A stretch of 61,250 bases of DNA, counting the filler, from Squatina squatina (lineage: Eukaryota): NCBI GenBank assembly GCA_031763465.1. It is 3 parts of 3 records of this genome, joined end to end, with 100 filler letters (N's around TTAATTAATTAA, not from the genome) between each part and the next. Parts side by side here need not be neighbours in the genome. Positions count along the whole stretch, not along the records: positions 24,848 to 45,510 come from JARFOE010000233.1; positions 45,611 to 61,250 come from JARFOE010000080.1; 1 more part is not named here. The stretch is one strand, 5' to 3'. Shown here one piece after another: positions 35,520 through 49,059 of this stretch (the first letter of the stretch is position 1; every line of letters begins with the position of its first letter). The position numbers were made by a program, and so were the translations under genes. The notes beneath the pieces were generated by a model that was not told the origin of the DNA, did no database searches, and was given only the letters and a program-made list of their open reading frames with translations.

Positions 35520-37289
35520 TAAGAAGGATAGCTACATTCATGTCAGGAGGGACTGGTCACAAAACTGCCAGAGATCAATCAAATACACCTCCTCGCCTAA
35601 ACCGTTGATCCTGGCAACACCGTCTTGAAGTAAAGATCACAAATAAAGTTGTTTTTTCTTTTCCAAATTCAAGGGATGCTGTAGGGTATAGCAGTGCTGC
35701 CACAACTGAGACCCCTCTAGCTTAGTACAAACCAGTGATTCAACCTTGGATCTCCTGAATTTGAATGACTCAGTACCACACTACACAGGCATGTACTCAT
35801 TGACCCATGAGGGAGCATGTGTTTAGTATATTGATGTGTTCTTTTCAATTGCAAAATCGGACACAATCCTAAGAGTTACTGAAACTCATTTTAAGGGTTT
35901 CACAAGACAAATAGCAAAATAGTGCATAGAACATAGAACATAGAAAATACAGCACANNNNNNNNNNNNNNNNNNNNNNNNNNNNNNNNNNNNNNNNNNNN
36001 NNNNNNNNNNNNNNNNNNNNNNNNNNNNNNNNNNNNNNNNNNNNNNNNNNNNNNNNAAGTACAGCAGCAAATTTGTGGAGCCTACTTCACAAACACAGCC
36101 ATTCCCAGATTTTGAAAGGCTGAATTATATATCCGTGACATTAAAACCAAAGTGCCTGCTTTGATACATGTGATCCACCTCTGAGTTTGGAAATCAGAAA
36201 TAAAGGGTAAACTACACATAGAATTTAAAAAAAAATGCATGTCTTCTGCTTTTGTAGATTATACGGAAACTTTTTTTTTGATTATTGTCTTGATTAGTCC
36301 TGGCATTCTTTGTACTTGTAGAAATTTATTTAAATGTCAATGCTTTGAGATTTTGAATTTCCCACGAGGAGCAATGTACAGCTGAGCCGTGCATTGGACT
36401 TTTCAACAGTTTACTGCTTGTCTGTTTAAAATGCCCCCGAGCCCTGCTTGCTCAGCTGCTTAATGTGCGCTGCAGTAGACTGTTTGAAAACCTAATGGTA
36501 GTTCATGGGTTGGATGTTTCGTCTCCAGTGGAGCTTCTGCTCCCCGTCAGCCGCCTCCCACTAATGCCAACACTGAACCAGTTAATGTAACAATTGCAGC
36601 AAATCCATGCTGAGCAGATGCTCTGCCAAAGAGTTTAGCAGCTCCACAATTGAATTAACTCAGCTCAGCAGGTCAGCTTATTCCTACCTGGTTGTGTTAA
36701 TTTTTCCCAGTGGAAGACTGCTACACATTTCTCCGTAAACTCATTAACAACACTCAAACAAGAAACAGCGGGTTTTCAAAAATAAATGCCATCAATTCCA
36801 TTTCCTTTTTTGGATGGGAAATAGGGAATAGCACAAAAAAAACTGATGATTCCAGCTTATCACCAGGTAATTCACCACTTTTAACATTCACCTCTGCCAT
36901 CCATGCTATTAAACAACAGTGAACATGTCTCCTGTATGTCCCTTTCTGTTTGATTCACTGGTTGGCTTTTATGACTGTCCTCTTTGCAATATTTGGAAAC
37001 TCACCAAATATATCACATCAGCAGCACAGTGCTTTGTGTATAAGCCAGATGACATTTTTTACAGAATAAAATAGAGCTGATTTTTTTCATTTAAGTTATG
37101 CGAACCTCTATTTTTTCTCAAGCTCATCTCTACTTTTGGGGTTATTTACACTATANNNNNNNNNNACAGCCATCTATTATTATGCTCTTGTACTGGAATG
37201 ATAAATCTTCCTCCCCATTTCTTTCCCTCTCTTATGAGGAAGAGCTCTCTTCCTCAAACACTAATGAAATTAGAAACTTAGCTGAGTGG

Positions 37290-38082
37290 GGGATATTGGC
37301 CAGAATTTTCACTGTCCGACGCACTGGCAGTGACGGAGTCCTGGAGTGTGTGGGGAACACTGAAGTTTCAGTAGCGTGTTTGTCAGTGGCTTTTTAATGA
37401 AGCCACTGCATTAGCATCTGACCTCCGGGTTTTCTGACCAATTAGCATGAGTGGGCATGATGGCGACATGCATGAGTTTATTTCAGCTGAACTATTTATA
37501 GGGACCCTATGAAGATGAAAGTTGAAGGATTGTCCAAGTGTGGAACAGAGGACTGCATTAATTGAGTCCCAAAGTGGCANNNNNNNNNNNNNNNNNNNNN
37601 NNNNNNNNNNNNNNNNNNNNNNNNNNNNNNNNNNNNNNNNNNNNNNNNNNNNNNNNNNNNNNNNNNNNNNNNNNNNNNNCCACATATTTCTTTCTGGTGG
37701 GCCTCCTGGCCCCCCGTGGAGAGAGGACTTCTTTTCCAGTGGTCATCCCCTGCACAAAGGCCTTGAATTCTGTGTCCGAGAACCTGGCTGTGCTTTCCCT
37801 GACCAGTTGAGCCATTTTGGTTTATGTTGAAGCATTTAAAAAAATTTTCATCACCAGAAGGAAGATTACTTTTAAGAGGCCCGGGTGAGCTTTCAAACAT
37901 GACTTCGACCCCCTGCTGAGTGCACAGCCTGTCAGCTGCATGTTCAGTGCTGGGCTGGGTGCTACAATCATGTAAAGTAGGAGGTAGCACGAATTTTACA
38001 TGCTGCCTGAACTCCTTTCAATGGGTGCAGGCAGATTGCGGTGCCCACTCCCGTTTTTGAGCTTAATACAACTTCACCCCCA
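37290..38082 (-). mobile_element. Harbinger-type element pieces with a Myb/SANT-like gene start (spans a gap)
   Basis: 37815-37680 on the minus strand encodes MAQLVRESTARFSDTEFKAFVQGMTTGKEVLSPRGARRPTRK, homologous to the 31564 copy. A GGGGTGAAGTTG terminus lies near 38082. Confidence 0.65.
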
Positions 38083-40789
38083 AGGTCTTTATACCATCTG
38101 GCTGGACTGAATCTAAAGCCAAGTCTCACAGGTGAAAAGCACTGTATTCTAACACACAGTGCCGTTAATGGAGACATTTATTTACAAATAGACTCCTTGA
38201 AAAAGTCTTAACCTAGTTTTAAACAGTGATGGAAATTATCTTGGCTCAAACAAACACTTTGGATAGATTAAACAAGTCAACAATAAGCAGTTTCCAAAAG
38301 CAAAGAGCTGTGCTACTGTTAAAATTTATGACTAAAGGTTGGTTGTCTAGGCTGAGTCATCTCTTCCAGTCTTGTGTATGTGCACTTGACAGTGTGATCA
38401 ATTAGTGCAATTGCAAGTTTTAAGTGTTGGTACTCTTTATTAAGTGCATATGTTGATTTGATTTCCTTAGGCATTTATACAATAAGGCAGAATAAAAACA
38501 TAGAATTACTGTTTACATCCTGAATTAAAAAACCCAAATGACCTGAACAGAGCCACTTCAGACCAATTCACCAATTTTGTCTAATTTGGTTTAGCCTTGT
38601 TCTTAAAAATGTCCCTGTAGAGGTGCACAGGGCCTCCACCCACGTCCTCCTGCCCCACGATACCTGTCTGCATATTTGCTTATACGTGCTGATCATGGTG
38701 TGTGGCTACATTCAATAGTAAAGCCACTGTAACAAAAAGTCTGGAATTGTTTACTCTGCAGATTACAATATAATTGACAGGATATGCTTATGCTCCCATG
38801 TTACCTACTTTATANNNNNNNNNNNNNNNNNNNNNNNNNNNNNNNNNNNNNNNNNNNNNNNNNNNNNNNNNNNNNNNNNNNNNNNNNNNNNNNNNNNNNN
38901 NNNNNNNNNNNNNNCAATATTATTTAACAGAGATGCATCCAGTTTTGTCTGAATTTGGAAATAATAATAAGCTACTCCCTTTTTCTGTTATTCTTCACAC
39001 CACAGAAGCTACATTTTGTGTTGAGACTCCCACAGCTTTAGTTTCTTGATTTATATTCACTTGCATTCTAATGATGTACCAGTTCCAATGATAAATATGA
39101 GGCGCTGCACCAAGTTGACAGAATATTACATGAGACAGTCATTTCAAGTCATCCAAATCTGGATATGTTAATTTGCTACATTTTTATAAAAGAAATAATC
39201 TATCTTTAACATTCAGGCAGATATTTCATTTTTCTTTTTATCTTCTCACCTAAGCTCTATTATCTCCCCCGTCCTCATCAATGACTTTTGCAAGAAGCAT
39301 GGATCACAATCTCCTATTGATAAAGTAGGTTACCTCTGGGCTAGCTCATCATTGTATATGAATAAAACTTATGAAATGTAACAGCTTTCTTTTGAAAATG
39401 CATTCAGGATCTCAATCAGGCTGACATTCAGCTGTGCACTAAGGGGTCCTGAGGGGAAAAAAAAGAAGTCATCTAAAAATAATGAATCTGTTCCAGCAAG
39501 CGAAGCACTCATGCGTGTCGCAGAGATCTGTTCACTGAAGCCAGCTCCCTGTTCATACTGATCATTTAGCGATAGCTGAGAGCAAATTACTTTGACAAGG
39601 CTGTTACTATTGTAAAATTGAAGAGTTTGGCTGAGAGCTCTTGGGCTGTTAATAACTGACTGAAAGCAGGCAATAAATAATTGATGGTTGTTTTCTGGCT
39701 CCTTTTTACTTATTCACGCTCTCTAATACAGTTTCTGATATCAAAGTCATCTCATTTTTGTAAATCTTTCGCACCCTGTGGCCAACACATTAATTTGTTT
39801 CGGCTGGTCATGTGGTCTACTTCAGGTCACAGTGTTCTCAGACTCACAAATTCCAATGAGGANNNNNNNNNNNNNNNNNNNNNNNNNNNNNNNNNNNNNN
39901 NNNNNNNNNNNNNNNNNNNNNNNNNNNNNNNNNNNNNNNNNNNNNNNNNNNNNNNNNNNNNNGATCATCTCAAGTGACGCAAATGAAATTAAGTAGAATT
40001 ATCTAAAAATTGAGAGATAGTAGGAGTGATGAAGCAAGCTGCCCACTTTATGCATGTGTTTATTTTTTTCTTTTGAGTAGATATGTAGCTGGTGTTTCTA
40101 ATGAATCTGCTCAGGGCTTCTAGAATAGCATGATTTATGGTGCTTTGGCTCACTCTATCATAGCATTTCATTAGATGGATGGGAAGCTGGTAGTAATGAG
40201 GTTAGGGATGAGAAAACATCCATCAACTGCAGCTACATCTTCTAGGGAAAGACAACACACTATCTCATGTGTCATAGTCAGTGATCTAGGTCACAGTGAT
40301 ATAAAATCCATGATTAAAACCAAACACTTGACATTAGATGATAAGTGTCTACTCCCTGGCTCAAAAAATAACCAGTATTTGTGTCCTTTAATTAAACCAG
40401 ATGCTCAAACACAAATTAATATGCTAATAAACTTGTTCATATTTTAAAGATTAATAACTATGTAAAATATGGCCGCCTTTAAGCACTTAATTCAGATGCA
40501 GATCCCTAGTTTCCAACCACTTGGCGACCTCCTGCTCAGAATCTTTGACCAAAGTACACAGTTAACCGTTTCCTAATGTACATCACACTGTCAGGCCCTT
40601 CATTAATCTTAATATCAATACATGATCCTGTAGAGTATTAAGATGGAATCTTGCATGGAGCATTGGCAACAAGCACCCTCCAGAAAACTGCAGTTAGTTC
40701 GATTTTTAATGCCATGTGTGCATACATATATGTGTGTGTGTAATGAGCATGCATCCAGAAGCCATGTTAAGTATCTCTGATGGCTCCAT

Positions 40790-41060
40790 CTCTTTCCCAG
40801 TGATCATAAAGATGATCCCTTAATATTCCCTCAGGTGTCTTCCCTACAATGGATGTCAGGCTGATGGGCTTGTAATTCTCTGGCTCTGATTTGTCTCTAT
40901 TTTTAAAAAAATCAGAACTATATGAGCTACCTTCCAATCTGAGGGAACTATCCCTGACTCAGTTGAGCGATTGAAGATTGCAGGCAAGTGACTCACAAAG
41001 CATTAGCCACCCTTTGGTGGATGTCATCTGGACCTGGAGTACTATCTATTTTGAGGTTTC
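40790..41060 (-). mobile_element. CR1 LINE fragment (RT N-terminal part)
   Basis: The minus strand reads LKIDSTPGPDDIHQRV...FNRSTESGIVPSDWKVAHIV.. and KSEPENYKPISLTSIVGK. Confidence 0.85.
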
Positions 41061-41107
41061 TTTTCCTATACAAGATAACAACTCTTTCTACTTTAACATT
41101 TATAATG

Positions 41108-41310
41108 AGCCTGAAATTGCGATGTCCCCAGGTGGGAACGATGTTCTCACGCACCCGGGGAGATATTGCAAAAGCCAGTTATGGGGCTGTCAATCGTAAG
41201 AAACTTCTGGACAGATCCAACACTGAGATTGCGAGCCCATCCCCAGCACAGAGCTTTGCAATATTTTTGCAAAGTTTTCTGCTGGGGATCTCTTGAAATT
41301 TCTTACGCTT
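41108..41310 (+). mobile_element. MITE-like element end (second copy of 30572-30655)
   Basis: Direct similarity over about 80 bp to the reverse complement of 30572-30655. Cut by a gap. Confidence 0.8.
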
Positions 41311-41414
41311 NNNNNNNNNNNNNNNNNNNNNNNNNNNNNNNNNNNNNNNNNNNNNNNNNNNNNNNNNNNNNNNNNNNNNNNNNNNNNNNNNNNNNNNNNN
41401 NNNNNNNNNNGGAA

Positions 41415-41490
41415 TCTAGAATACAAACAAAAATTGCTGGAAAAACTCAGCAGGTCAGGCAGCATCTGTGGAGAGAAAAACAGAGTCTGG
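41415..41490 (-). mobile_element. Penelope-like element terminal fragment
   Basis: AAAATTGCTGGAAAAACTCAGCAGGTCAGGCAGCATCTGTGGAGAGAAAAACAGAGT, shared with 50112-50182. Confidence 0.6.
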
Positions 41491-42975
41491 ATTACTAGTC
41501 CAGCAACATAATCACTATGCTACTGTACTGCCAAATGAGCCACACTGAGCAGGAAGGTCCCTCATTTGATTGGTTGGCGCTGCTAAATAATAACACATTC
41601 TTAATATCTGTGGCAAATAGGGTACCACTTAATGATGATTTACCAGGGGAATAATAACAGAGGGTAAGAGATTAACAAATGTTGCTTTTGAACAGAAACT
41701 GACAAATAATAGCAGTAAACCGTGTGTGAAGCATTCTGGGTAATTCCTTTTGTGCATTTGTAGTCTTTGACCAAGTACCTTTCAATGATAATGACCCAAA
41801 ACAATAAAGACCGAGTGCAGCAATCACACATCTAGCTTTAAGTGTTTCCTTTTCCCTGTGGTAAGCATTCACATTGCAAGTACCATCATAAACATGAGCA
41901 ACTCTGAACATTTATTAAATACTAGAGATTAATATTTAAATACATGCGCGACTGGGATTCGCAGCGCAATCACTCAAGATGTTTTACGGGCAGTGGAGGA
42001 CAATTCCACTACATCTTCCATTAATATTTGATTACACCTTTTATTGTGTTTACTTTCATGGTGAATTTATAATTTAAAACCCCTCCAACGTCCGCAGCAC
42101 CAGAAGTAGTTCAGCGTTTAACAAACCCCTACTCTAATCTTCTCAATCAGAAAAACTGCACTGAAAGAAATATTTAGTGTATGCTAGTTATTTAAAGATA
42201 AGACGCATGCAGGTTCACTTGCAAGCGACCACATCCATAACAACTTCATGTCGTTCAACTGGCACTCTTGTCTTTTATTGCCCTTTGCAGCATTCTTCTC
42301 CATTTGGCTTCGTGGCATCTGTTGGCTTAGAAGGAAGATCTTGTTCAACTATATATAAAATTTAATTGGAAAATGCACTTCTGAACAGATTGAATAATTG
42401 ATGCCCTTAAGCAATCAAGCAGTAGAGGTGTGTTAAAGTTGAACAAAGAACTTCCACATTAGTTAAGTACTCCACTGAGCATTGCATGAAAAATTACCAC
42501 AAAAGTAACCAAATTTGCCACGGTTACAGCAGTGACTGATAGTGTTTCATATAGGGATGAGAAAACTGTCTGGATTTTATTTAGCCCATAAATGACCAAG
42601 TCCTTTGATGTGGTTGCTTTGATTTTTTTCTATCTGAGTGTATTATGTTTTTAAAATGCAGATGTAGAATTATACTTCCTTAAAAGTAATGCTGTTTCAA
42701 GTATTTTACACATATTTTTAGTTTCTTCACACGAAAATTATCTTTATGGGCAAACACACAAGAAGAATATTTTTAAAAGCCAATAACAAGAAATTTGTTC
42801 ATCAGTAAATCACACATGGCAATTATGACCATTTTAAAAATAATACATTTTTAGGATTGCAAGATCAGTGTCTGATGATTAACTATTTTCAATATTGTAA
42901 TATTTGAGATTAATACCATGAACATTTTGTACATAAAGATGGAAATACAGAAAATAAGGTGTGAAGAGTACTTAC

Positions 42976-43069
42976 CATATTTTCAAGAAGGATAGAAGAT
43001 GACTGATGGGGTGAATACCAGTGACCAGTACATTTTTGATCAGATAGACAATATAAATTGTGTTTCAAA
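42976..43069 (-). CDS. Candidate internal exon of an unidentified gene
   Basis: 94 bp between cccagtccactgcatttag| and the strong donor ATG|gtaagta. Open in phase 2 to 0: LKHNLYCLSDQKCTGHWYSPHQSSSILLENM. No family recognised. Confidence 0.35.
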
Positions 43070-45510
43070 CTAAATGCAGTGGACTGGGATCAGTGTTGGC
43101 TGTTTCAGTAGTAGCAATTTTAATGCCTACACAGTTTTGTTCTTGAAGTAAGTAATGTTAAGTAATTTGGTCATGTAGGGGGGGAGGAATTCTTTGATTT
43201 ATATTTTTGGAGAAAATTCAACTTTTATAAATGTAACTTAACTTTTTTTGGAGTGTTGAGCAGTAGGCCTGTAATCTATGTCTCAATAAACTGACATTTG
43301 AAACAGCTTTTGAGTAACATTTTACTGATGCAGAAATGTCCACTGGTTGCTTGGACTAAGTACTTCCTTGTCAGAAATGTTTACTGTGCTCATTAATGCT
43401 GATTTGCAGGACAGTCATAGTCAGGAATATTGTACAGGTGGGTAGTACATTTGATCAGCAAATTTGGTTTATCTTGAATGAAACCTGAAGAACAAGGTAA
43501 ACCTTAGATAAGGAATTCTTAGTAAATCCACATGCTTTCTATATCCCACATCCTTTTATAATGTTTAAGTGTGCTGCCTTTTTCTTCCTTTCACGTGTGC
43601 AGTAAGCTATTTCTTGCCAAAAGGCAGGGTGGGCACTTAGTTCTGGGTTTCTGTAAATGCCACTATGCAACCACACGCTGAGAAAAGGAGAACAGTCATT
43701 TGAATTAAGTATAGTTGTGCCTGTGGGGAAATGCCCAGTGTACAATCAGTGTTCTTTGCCACCATGTGTGTGGACTTCTCCATGACTGGTGATGATTTTC
43801 TCTGTTTGGGAGCAGATGCAATTAAACTGATTTTAACACTTGTCTGTGTCTGTGTATTCATTTGTTACAGGTTTTGAAAGTTTCTGTCACACTTCTTTGT
43901 TCAGCTCTGATTTTGTTGGTTTTGTATACTTTTTTGAAAAGAAAGAGAACAAAAAAGTCATTTCCTGCTTTTGTTATGACCTGGAAAGTTGCCAAGATAC
44001 CAGAAGAGTTACGCAGCTTCCAATAATGATAATTAGGCCTGNNNNNNNNNNNNNNNNNNNNNNNNNNNNNNNNNNNNNNNNNNNNNNNNNNNNNNNNNNN
44101 NNNNNNNNNNNNNNNNNNNNNNNNNNNNNNNNNNNNNNNNNTACAAATTCAGTATCGTGTGAGTTACAACTATGATCAAGAATATAAAGCAACACAAAAA
44201 CTGTGTACTGTAGAATCCTGGCTCATATCACTCTTACACTAATTCAGTAATGTTTTAATCAGTACCAGCGAGGAATAATTTCAGGTAATGACCTCTAAAA
44301 ATAAGGCACATCACATTTGTGTCAATAGAAAATTGGACCCAGAATCTGCTTAATGTTATAGAAATCAGTTTTACAATCCATGCATGTCATCAACAGTGCT
44401 TCCTAAATCCAACAACACCCTCGTGTGTTTTATTATGTATTTTTAATAAAATTCTACATGCTTTTCCTGGAGGCAGCAGGACACCCAGTGAATGTTCATC
44501 TTATTTATCTCTGTGACTAAGAGGTTTATTATTTATCCCCTCCTGTTACAGTCATGTGCAGGAGTATTGATATTGAGCAGCTGAAGATATTATACCCTGG
44601 AGCCGAGTCTGTTACTGTAAATATCGACACAGGGTTCCATTACTTGCATTGCTTTGGAAGTTTATCTCCAGTAAATGCAATTTACTGTCAGCTGTATGGA
44701 TTTTCTGAAGATTGTAATTCCGTTATCTTTCACCATGTTTCCCAGCTGGTTTATAATAGTCCTTAGGACATTTATTTTCATAAAAAGTCTACATTTGCTG
44801 TACTTATGATTCCCCGCCGCCCCCACCCCGCTCCTTTGTTGGTTAATTTAATTCTGAACCCAGATACAGAGTTAAATGAAACCACTAATCAAGATATGAT
44901 TTGCGTTTACATTTTTGCTTTTTGTTTGTCCATATTATCTGGATTTGAATTTAAAAAATAAAGCTTCAGTAATCTCTTTTTTAGTTTGATTACCCTACTA
45001 GTTGTATTAAATATGGTTCCAATCCCACACTGAAGCGGGGACAGTAGGCAAAATAAGGCTTGGGTGATACTGTTATTCCCCCTCAGACTGCAGGTGGAAA
45101 CTTACTTTGCCTCCCACACTGCAACGTTAACATTTTTAATTGAAAGTCGTTGTAGGACATTAGTGGGAGTTGCACAGAAGACATTAAATGAAGTGTTCCT
45201 GATGGTATTGTAAAACATTGAAGTGGCTTATGAACCACAGAAGAACCTCAAGATTGAATTATTGTTTTAAAACTCAGAGCTAGCTATTCTTTATAATCCC
45301 TAATCTGCAGTTCACAATTAAAAATTATACTTTAATATCTTTTTAAAACGTGTTATTGTCGTGAAAATAATATGAGAGTGATGGAGGCAAGGTGACCGAG
45401 CAAACTCTCTTTTCTTATAGGTATAAATAGCCCACAGCCAAAGACAAAACTGCCACCACTTATATCTTACAGATGTTTTCCCCATGCATGGAACTGGTGT
45501 TTATGAAGGA

Positions 45511-45610
45511 NNNNNNNNNNNNNNNNNNNNNNNNNNNNNNNNNNNNNNNNNNNNTTAATTAATTAANNNNNNNNNNNNNNNNNNNNNNNNNNNNNNNNNN
45601 NNNNNNNNNN
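45511..45610. other. Artificial assembly spacer: 44 N + TTAATTAATTAA + 44 N
   Basis: Same construction as 24748-24847. Confidence 0.95.
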
Positions 45611-45623
45611 CATATTAAACACA

Positions 45624-46022
45624 TTATCAGCCTTAACTCAGTGGCAACATTCTTGCTTCTGATTTGGAAGGTTGTGTGTTCAAGCACCACTCTGGAGACT
45701 TGAGCACCTAATCAAGGCTGGCAATGCAGTGTAGTGCTGCAGTTTAGCATAAAACTGAGGTCCCGTCTGGCCTCTCAGGTGGATATAAAAGATCCCACTG
45801 GATCATTTGAAGTGAGCACAGAGGAGTTCTCCTGGTATCCTAGTGAACATTTATCCCTTAAACAACACCTAGAACAGATTATCTGGTAGTTTATTTTGTT
45901 GCTGGTTGTGGGACCTTGCTACGTGCATATTGCCTGCCATGTTTTCTACATTACAACAGTGTTTATAGTCCATAGAATACTTCATTGGCCACGAAAGGCA
46001 CTAGATAAACAAAATCTTTGTT
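45624..46022 (+). mobile_element. DeuSINE (SacSINE1-like) copy
   Basis: TCAGCCTTAACTCAGTGG..GTTCAAGCACCACTCTGGAGACTTGAGCAC..CTCTCAGGTGGATATAAAAGATCCC..ACAGATTATCTGG..TGTGGGACCTTGCT, colinear with the reverse complement of 35078-35519. Confidence 0.85.
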
Positions 46023-47551
46023 TCTTAACAAAGTTCGGTTTATCTATTCCCTTAAGAATCTTGAAAACTTGAATAATATCTCCTCTTCCTCCTGAGCCTT
46101 CTCTTCAGAGAAAACAATTCCAGGCCCTTCAACCTCGCTTCTTGGCTCTGATGTCTCAAGACAGGATTATTAGGAGTCTGCACAGACTCCTCCAGTTCTG
46201 AAATACAAAACCATCCCTGAATCAGTACTAATTGACATCATGTTGGCCAGAAGTTGGAAATCATTTTGATTCACTGTATGCTTGACTACCCATCAGAGTA
46301 AACTGATCCACTGGACCAAGGGAAATTATTGCTTGTGCCAAGAGCTAAGGTGGCCGGCATCTGGAAGATCACTTTCAACTCATCAATATATACATCTGAG
46401 AGGACAAACTAGGTTACAAGAAGATTCATATACAACTGCAGTCACGGAAAATTCTGTCACATAAATGAGAAGACAACATATGGTAAATTTCTAAACATGA
46501 AAACACAGCCAAGTATAGGCAGATGGCTAATGATCAAACCACAAGAACAGATCCATCCTTAATGTTATATTTTGAAGCAGAGTCTGTATATATTATGCAA
46601 AGTACCAAAGATTTGACAACTGCCATTTTTTTCTGCTAGAAAAATCCCCTTGGCTTTATGATTCAAAATTACATGAGTAAAGGTTTCTGGCATACTTGCA
46701 GGGATATCTGTGTTCCCTTGTTTCTTTGACATGCACGTTGCTTACACTTTAATCTTTGGAAAAGAAGATTCAGGTTACCAGCTTATCTGAATAACACTTT
46801 GATTTATTGGATTGATCTTATGTATTTTTAATGGCAATCATAATTTTTTGTGACACAATATAATCTTTTTCATTCTCTTGACTCACCTTTATGTTGTCAA
46901 GGAGTATTTTATGCTATAGTANNNNNNNNNNCAAAACATTGATCAGCTGAAAGCTAAAAATCTCTTATAAAAAGATTATAATAGGAAAACACCAGGCACA
47001 CAGTAAAGTAATTTTCATGGGAACAACTTTAGTAGGAACCCCAGAAAAATGGTGTAAAAAACGATGTGCATCATTTGTCTGGGGAGTCTACAGATTTACG
47101 TTTGAAATTACAGTGGGAGATCAATAGAACCACCGCAGAAATGCCAGGTGAATTGGTAATGTTTAAGTGAATAGAAAGCATGCATAAGAGAATATTTACT
47201 CCCTTCCTCACCCCAAAGTAAATCAGGAGCACCAGGCGACTTTGATTGAAACTGGTTATTTCTCCCAAATCAGGGTGTTGANNNNNNNNNNNNNNNNNNN
47301 NNNNNNNNNNNNNNNNNNNNNNNNNNNNNNNNNNNNNNNNNNNNNNNNNNNNNNNNNNNNNNNNNNNNNNNNNNNNNNNNNTGCAGCACCCAGTTGAGGC
47401 CATTAGTGCCTCATTTACCAGTCCCCTTCACTCCTGGGGTGAAAACACCGAGTTTGCCACAATTTGACAAGGCATCTCGCCGGGCGCTAAGTGTTCTCCG
47501 AGAAAAAGTTACCGCACCAAACGGGGCACTGGGGAATTTCACACCCTGGGA

Positions 47552-47953
47552 CACTTGAAAAGAGAGGGCTGAGGGGTGACCTAATAGAGGTTGTTAAAAT
47601 TATGAAGGTTTTTGATAGAGTGGATACAGAGAGAATGTTTCCACTGTGGGGAAGAGATAAACTAGAGTCTATCAATATGAAATAGTCACCAAGGAATCAA
47701 AAAGGGAATTAAGAAGGAACTTATTTACCCAGAGAGTGGTGAGAATGTTGAACTCGCTACCACAGGGAGTGGTTGACTTGAATAGTATACATGCATTTAA
47801 GGGGAGGCTCGATAAGCATATGAGGGAGACGGGAATGGAGGATTATGCTGATAGATTTAGATGAGAAAAGACGGGAGCAGGCTCGAGTGGAGCATAAACT
47901 GGTAGGGCCGAATGGCCTGTTTCTGTGCTGTATATTCAATGTAATTCTATGTA
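47552..47953 (+). mobile_element. CR1 LINE 3' end
   Basis: LEKRGLRGDLIEVVKIMKVFDRVDTERMFPL..TQRVVRMLNSLPQGVV.., then the tail GGCCGAATGGCCTGTTTCTGTGCTGT..TTCTATGTAA. Confidence 0.92.
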
Positions 47954-48214
47954 ATAAACTTGGCCATGCCATGCTATGTACTAAAGGAAAGGTTGTCCTT
48001 TGAGTTGTCTTCTGAATCCATAGGACGTTTTGTATCAATCTTTCAGCAGAGATGATTTTGACTGTGCCAACTATGAAAGAAAGCTACATCGTCAGATTAC
48101 AAAGATCAGCAAGTTATCCAGTGACATTTGTCAGATAATACCCCCTCCCATTGTCACAAACTGCAGAAGAATAAACATTGAGACTGTAACCTTAGTCTAC
48201 AAGATATAACACAG

Positions 48215-48365
48215 GAAAATTTCCACCTTCAGAATATCGCCCATGCCTGCCCCTGCCTTAGCTCATCTGCCGCTGAAACCCTCACTCATGTCTTTGTTAA
48301 CTCTAGACTTGACTATTCCAAAGCACTCCAGGCTGGCCTCCCACATTCTACCCTACGTAAACTAC
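48215..48365 (+). mobile_element. L2 LINE fragment
   Basis: FHLQNIAHACPCLSSSAAETLTHVFVNSRLDYSKALQAGLPHSTLRKL. Confidence 0.88.
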
Positions 48366-48399
48366 GTAACCTATCTCTTTGACCAAGCTGAACTATGTA

Positions 48400-48512
48400 A
48401 ACCCTTAATATTCAATGGCATTACCATCACTGGATCTCCCACCATCAACATCCCCGGGGTCAACATTGACCAGAAACTTAACTGGACCAGTCACATAAAC
48501 ACTGTGACTACA
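48400..48512 (+). mobile_element. CR1/L2-group LINE RT C-terminal fragment (different family)
   Basis: PLIFNGITITGSPTINIPGVNIDQKLNWTSHINTVTT (LGVxIDxKLxWxxHI motif). Cut by a gap. Confidence 0.82.
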
Positions 48513-49059
48513 NNNNNNNNNNNNNNNNNNNNNNNNNNNNNNNNNNNNNNNNNNNNNNNNNNNNNNNNNNNNNNNNNNNNNNNNNNNNNNNNNNNNNNNN
48601 NNNNNNNNNNNNATCTCTGGAATTGGGGCATGTGCCGAATCTTGGTATGTATTTCTGGCAAACAAGGCTCTATTCTGGGAGTGCAATTTTGTAAGATTAC
48701 CCTGATAAAATACAATTGTCAACCGTGAATGCAAACTCAGTTGTAGAGCTGAAGAAAAAAAGTAGACATGTTTTAAGCTCAATGTGAAAGAGAAGGGTAC
48801 AAGTCTGCTACAAAGGCAGGAAGAAGTGACAGTTTCCTGAGTGTGTCTTGTACATAGAGCAAAAAGATAGATTGAGCTGCATGAACTGAATGGTCTTGTT
48901 CCAGTATGTTCATGTTTTTATGAAGCAATTTTGCAGGTGCTCTTGGGTCAGTATGTATATCATACTGACTTGTCACAATTTGCAGATACATTTACAATTA
49001 TATCCTTTAATAAGTACTAGCGAGCAGAAGTGACAGAAGTACTCATTTCCTGTTCTATT

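Noticed and set aside
44554-44766. 70-aa ORF after an acceptor-like site
   Set aside because: No recognisable domain or coding-like composition.
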